A DNA stretch of 64,000 nt. It comes from Chiloscyllium plagiosum. Lineage: Eukaryota. Below are positions 12,813 through 25,669 of the stretch, one piece after another. A model generated the notes under the pieces. The model did no database searches. It was not told where the DNA came from and saw only the letters and a list, made by a program, of their open reading frames with translations. Location: positions 25,216,282 to 25,280,281 of the forward strand of contig NC_057720.1 in NCBI RefSeq assembly GCF_004010195.1, written 5' to 3'. The stretch's first letter is position 1; each line of letters starts with the position of its first letter. The translations under genes were made by a program, and so were the position numbers.

Positions 12813-13487
12813 GGCTATGCTCTAACATTTGTATTTGCATTAATGTTCAGGTGCAGGCTTTTCTGTAAGAGCCATTTTCTTTTGAAGATGACCAATCAAG
12901 CCTTTCTTTCACTATGAAAGGTTACCAAAGATCCATAACATTTGTCACAGATTATAATCTGTGAAGAATCAAGTTTCAATTACTATGTATGAAAGTTTGA
13001 AAAATGCCTCAGCTAGTCTACCTGTAAAAGACAAATGAATAATAGTACTGATTTTATGATGGTTTATCTTTTTTTTAACATTTGTGTATCTCGTCAGATT
13101 CGCAGTGCTCATTCACGCTGACAACTGGAAGGCATGCTGTGTTACCAATCTGTAATCAATTGGTCTGTAATCTTTGGTTTAGTTGCTGTTTTCCTTTTCA
13201 ATGAAATGGAAGAGGTTTGCTGTCTTGAAGTGATCCATCCAGGGCATTAGCTAAATACCTCTCCCAGAAATCAGATCCTGACACATGAGTCATAATATTA
13301 ATTCTAATGAAGTTTGTGACCAAATTAAAATAATTTTTGTTCATCTGTTATTGGCTTTATAATTCTAGCTGAGCAAAAATTGCATACACACTTTTTGTAA
13401 AAGGTGAACTGGATTAGTAATTTCCAATGAAACAGTGTACAACTGGAGTCATTTTTCTCCCTCATTCTGATCTCCTCTCTCTCACAG

Positions 13488-13758
13488 GAACCAAATCCTT
13501 TCCTTCAGTCCACATTGGAAGCTGATGCACTGATCAAGAGCCCAACCCCGCCACCAAGTAAAGAACAGGGGCGGCTGAGTTCGACAAACCGGAGTCTTCC
13601 AGTTCTCCACTTTCCACCAGAGATTGTTCCATTTGATGAGGCCTTGCGTGATGTCACTGTGCCTAAAGTGATGCGACAGTTGCACGATGTGGGGCTGAAT
13701 GACCCAGTCTCACGTCATGGCACACAGTTCCTAGAAATCAAAAACTTGGAGCGGAAAG
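13488..13758 (+). CDS. SZT2: SZT2 exon, 271 nt (EPNPFLQSTLEADALIKS...PFDEALRD...HGTQFLEIKNLERK)
   Basis: ctctctcacag| acceptor, AAG|GTGAGA donor, phase 0/1; EPNPFL, PFDEALRD and QFLEIK motifs. Confidence 0.95.
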
Positions 13759-14789
13759 GTGAGAGAGATATACATATTTTGTGCAGTATTATTCTTTAAA
13801 TAACCTGAATGTTCCATACGATGTATGCTTACAACTGGTCCACAATCAGTTAAGCGTCTTGCATAAACTGCACTTCTGTCTTTAAATATAAGAACTAGTG
13901 AGACTGATCTGAAAATTTGCAGCCAAGATGTGCTTTCTCTTCTAAATAAAAATGTGTTCATCTGCTTAAATTTTCAAAAAATAAATCATCATTGAACTCC
14001 AGAAGGTAATGGAGTTCACTGAAGCAATTTTCTTTTACAGGTTTTTATCATTCGGGTGCATGACTGCCACTCCTGTTTGTTTCTGTGGTGTATATTGTAT
14101 GTGTTTAAATAATACAACATTTCATTCTGAATGCTTGTCACTTCATTCACAATCATCTCATTGTTGTCTGTCAGCATACAAGAAAAGAAATTGCTGAAAT
14201 ATTGTTAAAAGTAGCTGTTACCCGCGTCATTTGACTCTTTTGTAAGGTTTTTTTTGTCATTTTTATCTACAAGTCTCAAACTGTGCATTGTTTGTGGCAC
14301 CATGTTGAGGTCCTGAAATATACTTGCCATTTGCTCAGATCTACCGGTAGCCCTTGTTACATTGACTTCACACTAGGTGTTTTAATTAGATGTTGCACTT
14401 TCATATTTGGCTACGTATTTAGCTCTGTAGAGGTTTTTACACAAAGCAATGTTCACAAGCAGATATTTCAGTTGTAGCTAGGGCTTCTCATAAGATGAAG
14501 TCCACACATAGAATATATAATCTTATTCTGACTATGCTATCCTCACTTGGTTAGTTTTATAAACTTATTTTAATGAAACTGTCAGTGCCCACCAAGGTGC
14601 ACAATATGTTATTATTTAATGAGGTACTGCTGAGCTGAGTAGTGCATGAGTGAGCTTTATGGATAGGTGTGCTGGTGCTATACTATTCAGCTGAGCTGAG
14701 AAACGTGAGTGAGTTCTCCACTGGGTGCTGCACATAGTGCAGGATTCTTGAATTAAACCAAAAATCTGTTCCGATTATTTATTTTTCAG

Positions 14790-14869
14790 AGATGGAGAAA
14801 CAGATGAAAATTGAGAACCTATTTGTGACATGGCAGCAACGTTCTGCGCAGTCCAACATGCCTATTACA
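14790..14869 (+). CDS. SZT2: SZT2 exon, 80 nt ([27 protein letters not shown])
   Basis: tttttcag| acceptor, ACA|GTAAGT donor, phase 1/0; [11 protein letters not shown] motif. Confidence 0.95.
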
Positions 14870-15094
14870 GTAAGTAATATCCTGACTTACTTAGGGAAAT
14901 ATCTTGTATTGAACTGTTTACTGCACTTCAAAGTAAATCATTGCCATTCAAAATAAATTTAAAACTTACCTTTGATAAGATTCAATGCAGAAGTTTTAGT
15001 TGAGTATATATTCAGAAGTATTGTGACTCGTAATTTTACAGGTCCACTTGACTGTGATAGAACAGTTGAACAGGTACATCTACATTATTCATAG

Positions 15095-15312
15095 CCGGAA
15101 AAGGTCAACAGGTCTGGCAGCATCTGTGGAGAGAAATCAGAAGTTAACATTTTGGGTCCAGTTGCCTTTCCTCAGACCCTTCTGAGGAAGGGTCACTAGA
15201 TCTGAAATGTTAACACTGATTTCTCTCCACAGATGCTGCCAGATCCTCTGAGCTTTTGTAGTAATTTCTGTTTTTGTTTCTGATTTACAGCATCTGCAGT
15301 TCTTTTGGTTTC
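15095..15312. repeat. Penelope-derived palindrome with back-to-back hammerhead-like motifs
   Basis: TCTGGCAGCATCTGTGGAGAGAAATCAG ... CTGATTTCTCTCCACAGATGCTGCCAGA arms; centre TTCCTCAG/CTGAGGAAGGGTCACTAGATCTGAAATGTT. Confidence 0.8.
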
Positions 15313-15413
15313 TTTATTATTCATAGTATTGTGTTTCCCTATACAAATATTGGGCCATAAGCAACTAACTTTGAACTAGGGAATAGGTTAACCTTTGTGT
15401 TTTTCTGATTCAG

Positions 15414-15539
15414 CTTGGTGACTTGGATACCCTGAAACAGTCTTCACGTCTTGTTCATTACTGTGCCACCCCACTGCTGATTGATCCCGTTTTTAGGCAA
15501 CAAATCCAAGCAGAGCAGCAGATTGGATCTGAGGGAAAG
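15414..15539 (+). CDS. SZT2: SZT2 exon, 126 nt ([25 protein letters not shown]...GSEGK)
   Basis: ttctgattcag| acceptor, AAG|GTAAGT donor, phase 0/0; [14 protein letters not shown] motif. Confidence 0.95.
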
Positions 15540-16959
15540 GTAAGTTCATGAAGTAAATTATTTAAACAGCAGCAGCCATTTTTGCCAATTGGAATCTGAG
15601 CTGGTGACCATTTCAAATTTGGTCTGAAATGAATGGAAAGTGGGCAAGAGTAGTCTACACCAGTAAAAGTGGAAAGGAAGTTGAAAAAGGAATTTGAGAT
15701 GGAGAGGTAAACAAATTAACGAACAATGTGGAATAAGGTCAAATCTGAAGGATTGGGCGGGAAGTCCTAAGAATAAATTAGGAACGTTGTAAAGCAGAAG
15801 TGACTGTTGGGGTGCTGGAACAACTATATGCTCAGACCATCTTTAAAAATTGACCTTGTCATGGTAAAAGCATTAATTGTGCACAAGAGGTCAGTCATGT
15901 CATTTCTGAGAACAAGTCACCATCTGTTGGAAATCAGGAGTTTGTTGAAGCAAAATATGAGCCTTGAGCTCTGCAGATTGGGAGTGAGCATCTGCCAGTG
16001 CATAGGTTCCAACTGAAAATAATCAGATACAGGCATTCTTCAGCTAAAAGAATCCTATTAATTTAACCCATCCTATATCATAAATTCTTATTGTAGGAGC
16101 AATCTGAACCTTGACTCAAATTGAACATAACTTGCTGTTAATTTAGAAATGCCTGTAATTTTGAATGTTATTTTCACTATTTGCTTTTTGTCCCATCTTT
16201 ACAAACAAACAAAACTAATGCCCCTTTGAGAAATTTATTGAAATAAATATTTTGTAATTTGTAGATGACCATTGTTTTCAGTGTTAAGTAATAATCTTCT
16301 TTAAACTCCTCATAACCTTTGGATCTTATTTTGTATGTGTCCAAATGAAGGAGACAAAGACTTCCCCAAATACTTATTTAAATGTCATTCTCAATAAGGC
16401 CACAAGTATATTTGGTATGGCAATGGAACATGCAATGTATTGAATAAATTAAGAAATGAACCAAAACAGAACTTACTGGAGAAACTCAACTGTGTCTTCT
16501 CTCCACAGATGCTGCCAGACTCCTGATTTTTTTAAGCAATTTCTGTTTCTGTTTGTTTTAGATCTCCAGCATCCACAGTTCTTTGTTTTATTTTTGAGTA
16601 AATTAAGATTTATTTTTCTAAGTTTCTACTTGCTGCTGGGACAAAATGATAGGGATTAACTCTGCAGGTGGCTTTGCCATAAACTTGCTTAGATGTGTCC
16701 AATGTTCAATCTGGAGTACCTGGAATGTAAAATGTTCTACTCTCCTTGATAAACTTGGCTCACCACCTTTAACATATGTTGCTTTAACCCATGCTTTTAG
16801 ATTTGGCAAGCATTATTCTTTGATGGTGTCCAAAAGTGAGGGATGCAATAAAACTGTAGGCTAACATCTGTCCTTGAAAGACTTTAGAGTATATTGTATA
16901 ATATGTTATATATATTATATATTAATATGTTATGTAATATTACATATATATGTCAAGCA

Positions 16960-17945
16960 TGGCATTTAGAAACACATAATATAGGCAAGCAGAGTTCATG
17001 AAGCGGAAATCCTACCTGAAAATGTTGTTAGAGTTCTTTGAGTAATAAATGAGATGGTTCAATAAAGGAGAACTAGTGATTGTAATGTATTTGGAATTAT
17101 AAAAGGTGTTTGATAATGTACCACTTAAAAGGCTAGTGAGAAACATAAGACCTCTTGTTGTTGGCAACAGTATACTAGCATGGACAGAAGGTTGGCTAAC
17201 TAATAGAAGACAGAGTTGGAATAAAGAAGGCATTTTCAGAAAGGCAACTTGTAACTAGTGGAGTGCATGGGATCAATGCCAGGGCCACAGTTATTTACAT
17301 TTTAACTTGAATGATGGAAATGCATGCACTATTGCCAAGTTAGCAGATACGCTAAGAGAAGGTGAGAAGGCAAGTAGTGAGGATGACACAGAGTTTACAG
17401 GCAGATATAGAGATCTTAAGCAAGTGGGTAGATGGAATGTGATTTGGGAATGCCTGAGGTAGTGTACTTTGGTGAGAAGAATAAGAGAGCTAAATAATAT
17501 TTAGAGCGAAATAAACTGTAGAGAACTGCAGCACAGGGTAATTTGCTGTTCTGGTACATGAATGACTAGCATCCATGTTCAGGAAGGCAAATATAATGTT
17601 GCCCTTTATTTCAAAGGGAATGTTGTATAAAAATAAGGACCTCATGCTAAAACCATACAAGGCACTAATAAGACTACGCCTCGAATATTGTGGACTGTTT
17701 TGGTTCCCTTATCTAAAGGAAGATGTCCTGAGATTGGAGGTAATCCACAGGCAATCATGAGGTTGATTCTGGATATGCCGGGGTATTTTCTTGGGCAGAA
17801 AGGTTTGAGTAGATTGTGCTGTAATCATTGAAATTTAGAAGAGTGAGTGATAGGAGTATCTCAGGGGGCTTGGTAGGGTAAATACAGAGAGCTTATTTGC
17901 CCTTGTGGGAGAGTCTAAGGCCAGAGGACATAATCTCAGAGTGTG
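16960..17945 (+). mobile_element. Decayed CR1 LINE ORF2 (RT to C-terminus)
   Basis: Decayed FD.VP, W..GWL..R.Q, A.K.ADT and KAN.ML.FI.KG..YK...LEYC motifs. Confidence 0.8.
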
Positions 17946-17984
17946 TAAGATGGATGAACAAATGAGAAACAGGAATAGCAGAAG

Positions 17985-18160
17985 TGGGTACTGCAGATGC
18001 TGGAGATGAGAGTCAAGATTAGAGTGGTGTTGGAAAAGCACAGCAGGTCAGGTAGCATGAAGGAGCAGGAAATCTATGTTTCGGGCAAAAGCCCTTCATC
18101 AGGAAAGATCTCTTATCCTGATGTAGAGCTTTTGCCTGAAACATCGATTTTCCTGCTCCG
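17985..18160. repeat. Penelope-derived element with inverted hammerhead motifs
   Basis: Minus strand 18075-18103 CTGATGA-A-GGGC-TTTT-GCCC-GAAACATA; plus strand 18117-18146 a mutated copy. Confidence 0.75.
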
Positions 18161-18900
18161 AGGAACAGGAGTAAGCCGCTCAGCCCTTCGAACTTGCTCT
18201 ACCGTTCAATAAGATCATAGCTGATTTGGTTTTAACCTCATGTTTACATTGCTGCATTTCACTGATAATCCTTCATCCCTGTGGTAATCAAGAGCCTATC
18301 TATTGCTGCCTTAGTATTTAAAGATTCTGCATCCATTGTGTTTTGAGGAAAGGATGCCATAGACACTCTATCATCTGAGAGAAAAAAGTGTTTCCTCATT
18401 TTTGTTTTAAATAGGACCTTGTTTATTTTAAACTATGACCCCTATTTTAGATCCTCCCACAAGAGGAAGCATCCTTTCAACATCCAACTGGTCAAGTCCC
18501 CCTGCATCTTGTATGTTTTAATTAATTCACTTCTGACTCCTCTAAACTCCAGAAACACAGGCCTAGCTTATCTAACCTTTCCTCACAAGGCAATCCACTC
18601 ATTCCAAGTATCAGTCTCGTAAAACCTCCTCTGTACTGTTCCAATTAATTAGCATCCTTCCATAATTATAAAGATCATAACTGTTCACAGTACGCTAATG
18701 TGATCTCATCATTGTCCTGAAGCATAATTGTCCAACTGTTGCATTAAAGTCCCCTCACGATAAACCATGACATTCTATTACATTTTCTGATCACTTGCTG
18801 TACCTATATACTAACCTTCTGCAATTCATGCACCAGGACACCCCAGATCTCTCTCCAGCACAGAGCTCTACAATCTGTACAACCATTTAGATAATATAAC
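18160..18900 (-). mobile_element. Decayed CR1 LINE 3' part
   Basis: Starts with a CR1 tail (AGGAACAGGAGTAAGCC..TCAGCCCTTCGA); reverse CR1 motifs follow. Confidence 0.75.
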
Positions 18901-18930
18901 ATGTAATTTAGAAATGGGTCACCTACTTAA

Positions 18931-19038
18931 GATGTGGAGGAGCTGGTGTTGGACTGGGATGGAATTTAAAAAAATCACACAACAACAGGTTAAAGTCCAA
19001 GACTATAACCTGGTGTTGTGAGATTTATTAAACGTTGT
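18931..19038. mobile_element. Short fold-back insertion (Penelope-type terminus) with 12-bp TSD, inside a CR1 3' end (to about 19258)
   Basis: TCACCTACTTAA at 18919-18930 and 19039-19050; internal arms ATCACACAACAACAGGTTAAAGTC/GACTATAACCTGGTGTTGTGAGAT; related copy at about 34410-34520. Confidence 0.7.
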
Positions 19039-19944
19039 TCACCTACTTAACAGAGATGAGGATTTGTTTTGAGGGTAGTAAATCTTTGGAATTCTTTACC
19101 ATCAAAGACTGTAGAGGCCGTGTTGTTTAGGATATTCAAGACTGAGATACGGCAGGAAATGGAATTGAGGATTATCAGATCAGCCATAATCTCATTGAAT
19201 GGTGGAGCAGACTCAGTGGGCCAAATAGCCTACTCTGTTCCCAGATCTTGTGGTCTTAACTGTGGTTGTCTTTTTAGCTGCATTTTTTTTGTTTTGTAAT
19301 AGTATCCTAATTTGTTATTGACTTGATGTGAAAGATGCAAAAAATGTTTGCTGCTGCATCTTTTGTTGCAAATTGGCTTCAAAATTTGTCATTTTTGTCT
19401 TATGCAATTTTGCTGTGAATTAATTTGTTTGTAAAGATTCATTCTTCTCAGGTTTTCTATTTTGACCTCTGTTCTTTCCATGTGGCTTAATCTTTACTGT
19501 TGAATTCCTTGCAACTTGCCTGAAATTGCATTTTTGTCTTTCCTGGCACCTTTTCATTGTGCATTCTGATATAAAAATCAGACAGTCTGTCTGTCCTTCG
19601 ACTACAGAAAAAGTAAAATGCAATACAGATTGAGATTTCATAAATTGCATGGGAAGTGACAGAAACAATATTTGGTACTGTAAGGCAGTATTTTTTCTGA
19701 GAAATTCTGTCTACTGTTTTCCTTCCAATGCCTGTTCAATTTAGTTGTCAGTATGAACTAATTTTAACTTAATTCCAAACCAAACAATGTGTCTAGTGTT
19801 TTATCAGTAATCCATCGTAAGCACAGAAAAACGGACAAGTATTTATGTTCTGACAGAAACACCATATAAATACTTCACACATATAATACTGCTGAAGAAT
19901 TACACCACAGGAAGGGTGTGATAGCACTACAGGGGGTATAGGGG

Positions 19945-20372
19945 AGGGTCACCAGGATGTTGCCCGCAATGGAGTAATTGAGCTATAAGGAGAGACTAGA
20001 TAGCTTGCATTGATTTCTCTAGAGCAGAGAAGACTGAGGGGGGACATGATTGAGGTATATGGGATTATGACAGGTATAGACAGGGTGAATAGAGAACCTT
20101 GGTTGAGGGGCCAATCACAAGAGAGCATAGTTTTAGGGTAGGAGGGCATGAGATTCAAGTGGGAATTAGGGAAATAAATGTTTTCACTCAGCAGGTGGAG
20201 GGATTCTGAAATGCACTGCCTGGGAAGGTAGTGGAGACCGGAAACCTTTTAAAAAATATTTGGATTTGGGACAAGTACCGGAAATTGGGATTAGCGCACC
20301 TTTAGTGGTAGTTATGTCGGTGCAGACTTGATGGGTGGAAAGGCCCTCTTCGTGCAGTATGACTGTATGAAT
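19945..20372 (+). mobile_element. CR1 LINE 3' fragment
   Basis: TRMLP.ME.LSYKERL...RRLRGDMIEVY motifs. Confidence 0.8.
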
Positions 20373-23244
20373 CATTTTAAAAATCCTCCCCCTCCCCCAG
20401 ACTCTCCATTAGCAAATAACGGTTAAATTGAGACCATCTGCTCAGCTACTTTCGCCCTTACCTTTTTGCCTAGATTTTCCTTTGCTGGTCCCATCTCAGG
20501 ATGTAAAGGGGATTTAAGCAATGCTGGATATTTGGAAGGGGTGCAGATTGATGAGCAGTTGATTTTGGTTGGGTTCTGGGGGTTGGGGTGTTGAGCATGT
20601 GTGGTTCCTGGAACAGTGGTGGGCGGGATGGAGGTGGTCGGAGAAAGGATAGATGCCTGACAATTAGAAATAGATGCGACAGGTTTAAAAAAAACTGAAA
20701 GTTGCTGAATTGAAACTACAGTTCAAGAGACCTTCCTTCATTTGTCACATTACAGAGGGAGTTGTATTACTTCAACTATGACACACCACTAGGACAAACT
20801 ACTTAGATCACCAATGGCTCCAAGCGACAGCCTATGAAAATGATAAGAACATAATCTAAAATAGAGTCAGTGGCATAAGCCTTAGCTTTGCAACTGAGGG
20901 GAAGATTTGGGGCAATATTTCTGAGTCCTCTGTATCCTCAAATTTATTACCTCTCTTCCATTTCTGTAACACTCTCCTGCAACATCTGCTACATGAGCCT
21001 TCTGCTGCCCACCTTTGACTTCTAGTATATCCCTGGCAGTCATCTTCCCATCATTGAAAGCTATGTCTTCAGCCAATTAGGCCCTATGGATTTTTATTAC
21101 CCAATATAAACCCTACAATCTATTTGCCCAGATGAATGCAAGACAAAAAGCTTCGACAAAATGTATCCTTTTTCAACACTGCTCCAATTCAGTAGTAGCG
21201 AGTGACTCATCTGTGTAATTTTTAAAAAATTAGTTCAGCTTCTATATGAATTTTAGTTTAATTAGTAGTCCTTTCAATGAAGCCTTTGTGCTAAAATTCC
21301 ATCATCCAGTTTATTTGTAGCATCCTCAAAAATAATCAATGAAGTTTAATGAGTACAACCATTATTGTTCCTTCATTAAATTATTGCCATTAATGTATCT
21401 CCCACCTTTGATTTTGATTACTTAATCTACCATTGATAGGACCTGCAACTTATGGGTCAAGTTCTCATTCAGTAATGTGCAGAATAATCATACAACTTCA
21501 GTAGTTGTATAGTTAGCATCATACTCCTGGCTCAACTGCATTTACCTTTGCACTGAATACTACTTATATTTAAAAAAAATTATCTGTGCTCAAAAGTTCA
21601 ATGCAAATCAGTGTTTTCATCTAGATGTCTGGATGAATCCAAAGAAATAGGCTCATATTGCCATCAAATGAATTGTCTGCATTTGATTTGGATTTGTAAG
21701 GTCAATCATTTTAAATATAAAGATTTCAAATCAGGATTAGCGTTTTTTTGTATGTTTGGATCGAAGTATTGTGCCATTAGAAAGTGGGTAAAGTTCAAAC
21801 TGGGGCAGTGGATTATATAGGAAGTTGTAACTTAGTTGATTTGTGCTTTGAATTAAATAATGTTAGGAGGAATGAACTATCATTTATAAAGCTACATTGG
21901 AAAAATTTCTATTGGTTTATAAAGGCAGGTTGGGATTGCTTGTTTTCTTTTGGGAAAGTTCAGTGTATGTAGTTAAAGAAAGTAAGTCAACAGCTTCAAT
22001 TTATATAAACCTTTGCACATCTTTAGAGATTTCCAAAACGCTTTAGAAACAATTAAAATATTTGAAATGCAGGCCGGTGATAATGACGTAGTGTAGACTT
22101 AGAGAGAATTTGTGGCAGGTTGCCTTACCAAATAAGTAACTCGAAAAAATTAAAATTATTTAAACACTCATGTATGGGATATTGAAACCAATTTGGCTCC
22201 AAAGAAAGCAAAATTGTTTAGAGAGTGCAAAGCACTAATTAGAGATAAATATATTATTTTTGGTTAGTGTTATGAACCCAGCTGATGATATTACTGGACA
22301 AGTCCAATCTGAGATTGAAACCTGGCTTGTTAGATTGTGTTTTGTTTCAATCTTGGTATTAGCAAAGTTGTCTGTAAACAAAACTTAAGGATGCAATTCT
22401 GCAGATTTTGTTTTAGCAATAAAAATGAAAGTTTATGAACAAATGAAATGAAGATGAAGTAGAATAAATCAAACTCTCTACTTATGACACAGATTCAAAG
22501 ATTTCTAAACATGCGGTGAAAGTACAATCTGTTGGTCAAAAAGCACTCATTGCAAATTGAAAAGAAGAATGACAGCTTTTGTGCAGTACTCAAAACGCAC
22601 CTACTATAGTATCCAAAAATGACTTTCATTTAGTACTTTCACCAGACTCCCATCTGTAATATACTTTGATAGGTTTAAGTCACATGTGACTTTAATTTAC
22701 AGACTGGAACTGCAGGTAAGTACCTTCTGGAGCGTTTATATACTCAATTTCAAGTAAGCTCTTTATGGTTTTATCCAAAAACTTCTGGTATGAGACTAAC
22801 ACTAATTATTTACTCCAAAGTAATATAGTTTCACTATATCCTTCACTAAACTCCTGTCAGGAGCATGAGTTTACATTGTCAACTTCATCCAAGGATTTCA
22901 CAGGGCTATTCAAAATGCAAAGCAACATTGAAAGAAAAGTCTCTCTAGGCAGTGAGTGTTTTCCTTAAGCTTAAAAGACTAGTTACAGAAATATTCAACA
23001 ATATTTATTTATTTACCCATTATTTACCTTCCTGAAGCACAAAACAGTTTTAAGGTCAACAAAAATCCATTGGAGCTGCACAAAGCCCAGTAATTCTAAA
23101 GCTATTCCTCAAACACTTTTGAAAAGAAATCACCGTGACTATAGAAATATTTATATATTAATAAGTAACTTCAGACACATAAAATTCACATATTACTAAC
23201 TCAAAAAGCAAAGCCCTAAACTTGGTAAACCTAAATTTAGATGA

Positions 23245-23558
23245 CATTAGATTAGATTCCCTACAGTATGGAAACAGGCCCTTCGGCCCCAACAACTCCA
23301 CACCAACCCTCCGAAGAGTAATCCACCCGGACCCATTTCCCTCTGACTAATGCACCTAACGCTGTGGGCAATTTAGCATGGCCAATTCACGTGAACTGCG
23401 CATCTTTGGACTGTGGGAGGAAACCGGAGCACCCAGAGGAAACCCACGCAGACATGGGGACAATGTGCAAACTCCACTCAGGCAGTCACCTGAGGCTGGA
23501 ATCTAACCTGAGACCCTGGTGTTGTGAGGCAGCAGTGCTAACCACTGAGCCACTGTGC
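23245..23558 (-). mobile_element. HE1-type V-SINE
   Basis: (ATTAG)n tail, reverse V domain, reverse tRNA head. Confidence 0.9.
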
Positions 23559-23694
23559 ACCTAAATATACATAAATTACACAGTTTAGAACACAGTAAGT
23601 GTTTATTTCCATTTTAATGCAGTAATGAACTGCAATAATCTTTTCGTCATAACATTTTCTGATTACCTCTTACTTTTATTTTTTTTTTCCCTAG

Positions 23695-23897
23695 AAGCGT
23701 CATCGTTCTAATGACTCAACTGCATCCGGAAGAGACCGGAGTCATAGCTGTGATTCTGTGGAAACAATGCCTTTTAAACTAAAGGAGGAACAGTGGCTGG
23801 GAGAAATCTCCAACGCATTCATGCAGCAGTACATCCAGTACTTACAAAGCATGGGCTTTATCCTCGTGCAGGTTCGCCCACCTTCTCCTACGAGGAG
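23695..23897 (+). CDS. SZT2: SZT2 exon, 203 nt (KRHRSNDS...EEQWLGEISNAFMQQYIQYLQSMGFILVQVRPPSPTR)
   Basis: Long U tract plus ctag| acceptor, AG|GTAAGA donor, phase 0/2; QQY.QYLQS.GF motif. Confidence 0.95.
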
Positions 23898-24262
23898 GTA
23901 AGAAGAACAACAGTTTAGGGCAAGGTTGCGAAATAGCCACCTGTGCTTTCTCTATGCAAGTCCTACAGTTGCAATAGTAGAATTACTACTCAGTAACAGC
24001 CCTATAATTTAAACTTTATATTTTAATTTTCTCATGCTGCTGATACATTCTTTAAATTGAAGGAAGCGTTCATAATTCCTTACAGTATAGTACACTGATA
24101 CTGAGAAGTAATGTAATGAATAGTGTTTCTTCACAATATATGGATTTTAGTGTGCATCCTCACGCTGTATTGCAACAAAATAACTCTAGTAATGTATTGA
24201 AAACCATGTTTTGGGCAGTTGAGTAAACAAACTGGCATGGCAAATAATCTCAGAACAAATAA

Positions 24263-24392
24263 GGGATAGATGATGGCCTAGTGGTATAATCACTAGACTA
24301 TTAATCCAGAGAGGCAGATAATGTTCTGAGGATATGTGTTTGAATCCCACCATTACAATGGGTGGAATTTGAATTCAATAATAATCTGGAAG
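24263..24392 (+). mobile_element. Family-B tRNA-like 5' head fragment
   Basis: TGGCCTAGTGG A box, GTTTGAATCC B box; matches 49891-50000 and 37555-37650. Confidence 0.7.
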
Positions 24393-25481
24393 CAAAATTG
24401 AAACATAATTCTTTTTCACTGTCCCTCAAGTTTCTTAATGATGGAAATGCAAGCTCAATGTTAAATGCAGACGGTTTTCTTATGCTTTCAATTTAAAACA
24501 AGATACTTAGGAGTGAAATGTGGAGGATCTGAATGGGAAGACAGATAAGTGCATGAGCAAATTAACTGACTGATGCTTTGAAAACTATATTTTGTCTATC
24601 TATGTACAAAATAATAACTCGATTGGAATTCTACTAGATTCAAAGAATGATAAAATTGAATGTCTGAAAGCTTAGAGAGTTCATTTTACTTATGGAATTG
24701 TAAGAGTTGGTTTTAGGTTGCAACACAATCTGAAAATAATTCAGCTCCAAAATTCTTTTATCATCATTAACTGTTTCCAAAATACAGCACTTACTGACAA
24801 ATCCAAAATGTGTAACTAATATTGCATAATCTATCAAATATGGTAATATCTTCAAATTATATGGAGAGGTTTCTATAAATACTCGTATCTCTGGGTGTTT
24901 GAATTGAAATAACTACTGTAAAATAGAAAGGAAGATTTTTATGCATTACCATATATGTTTCCAACCTAACCTTTTAAGGTGTAAATGAGTTCACTGTAGT
25001 TTCTTAGCAAAGGTGAATCTGATAATAGTTCCATTGATATTCTGTTATGTGGTTGGCAAATAACCTGATTGATTCTGAAATTTCAGATCAGGAGATGCAT
25101 TAAATATTCAATATTTAACAGATGGTTCTGTTGCCTCATTGTAGCAACCTATCCCCCTTCCTGATTGTCATAATGACCTGCCTCCCTACTGTGGCAATTC
25201 GAAACATCAAACAAGACTCCTGCTTAGCGCATTTCTTAATACTTTCCTTTGGCCCCTTTTCACCAACATTAGACTGTGTGCTATGAGGAACTATGCTGCA
25301 TAGTTGTCAATAGACCAAACAATCTTATTGCAGAAGTCCGACAGCCCTAAAAGTGTTCTAAGCTATTGACTTTTCTTTATAACTAACATTTACAAAATCT
25401 GACTGTTGGACTGCAGCATCCATTGATCACTTTATTTCAACATTCATAACCAGTCCATGTTTATGGGCTTATTTCTTTCAG

Positions 25482-25554
25482 TTTGGGGCGGACTCGGCCA
25501 CTGGACTCACGACCTGTTTCTATTCACAAGCAGAAAAGTGATGACAGTCCAAAG
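25482..25554 (+). CDS. SZT2: SZT2 exon, 73 nt (SLGRTRPLDSRPVSIHKQKSDDSPK)
   Basis: tttctttcag| acceptor, AAG|GTGAGT donor; phase 2/0 is exactly what is needed to link the neighbours; ends in SPK as remembered for human. Confidence 0.88.
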
Positions 25555-25669
25555 GTGAGTAGTCAAGAGTTTTTAGAGAGTAGTTCGTGGTGAGAAGTTG
25601 AGTCCTTGTCCGTGTAATCCAAAAATTATTTCAAGATTAGTTAACAAGTGTCCTAAGAGCTTGTATGGC

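Noticed and set aside
14625..14715. Duplicated GCTGAGCTGAG...TGAGTGAG motif upstream of an exon
   Set aside because: Only two degenerate copies; no supportable function.
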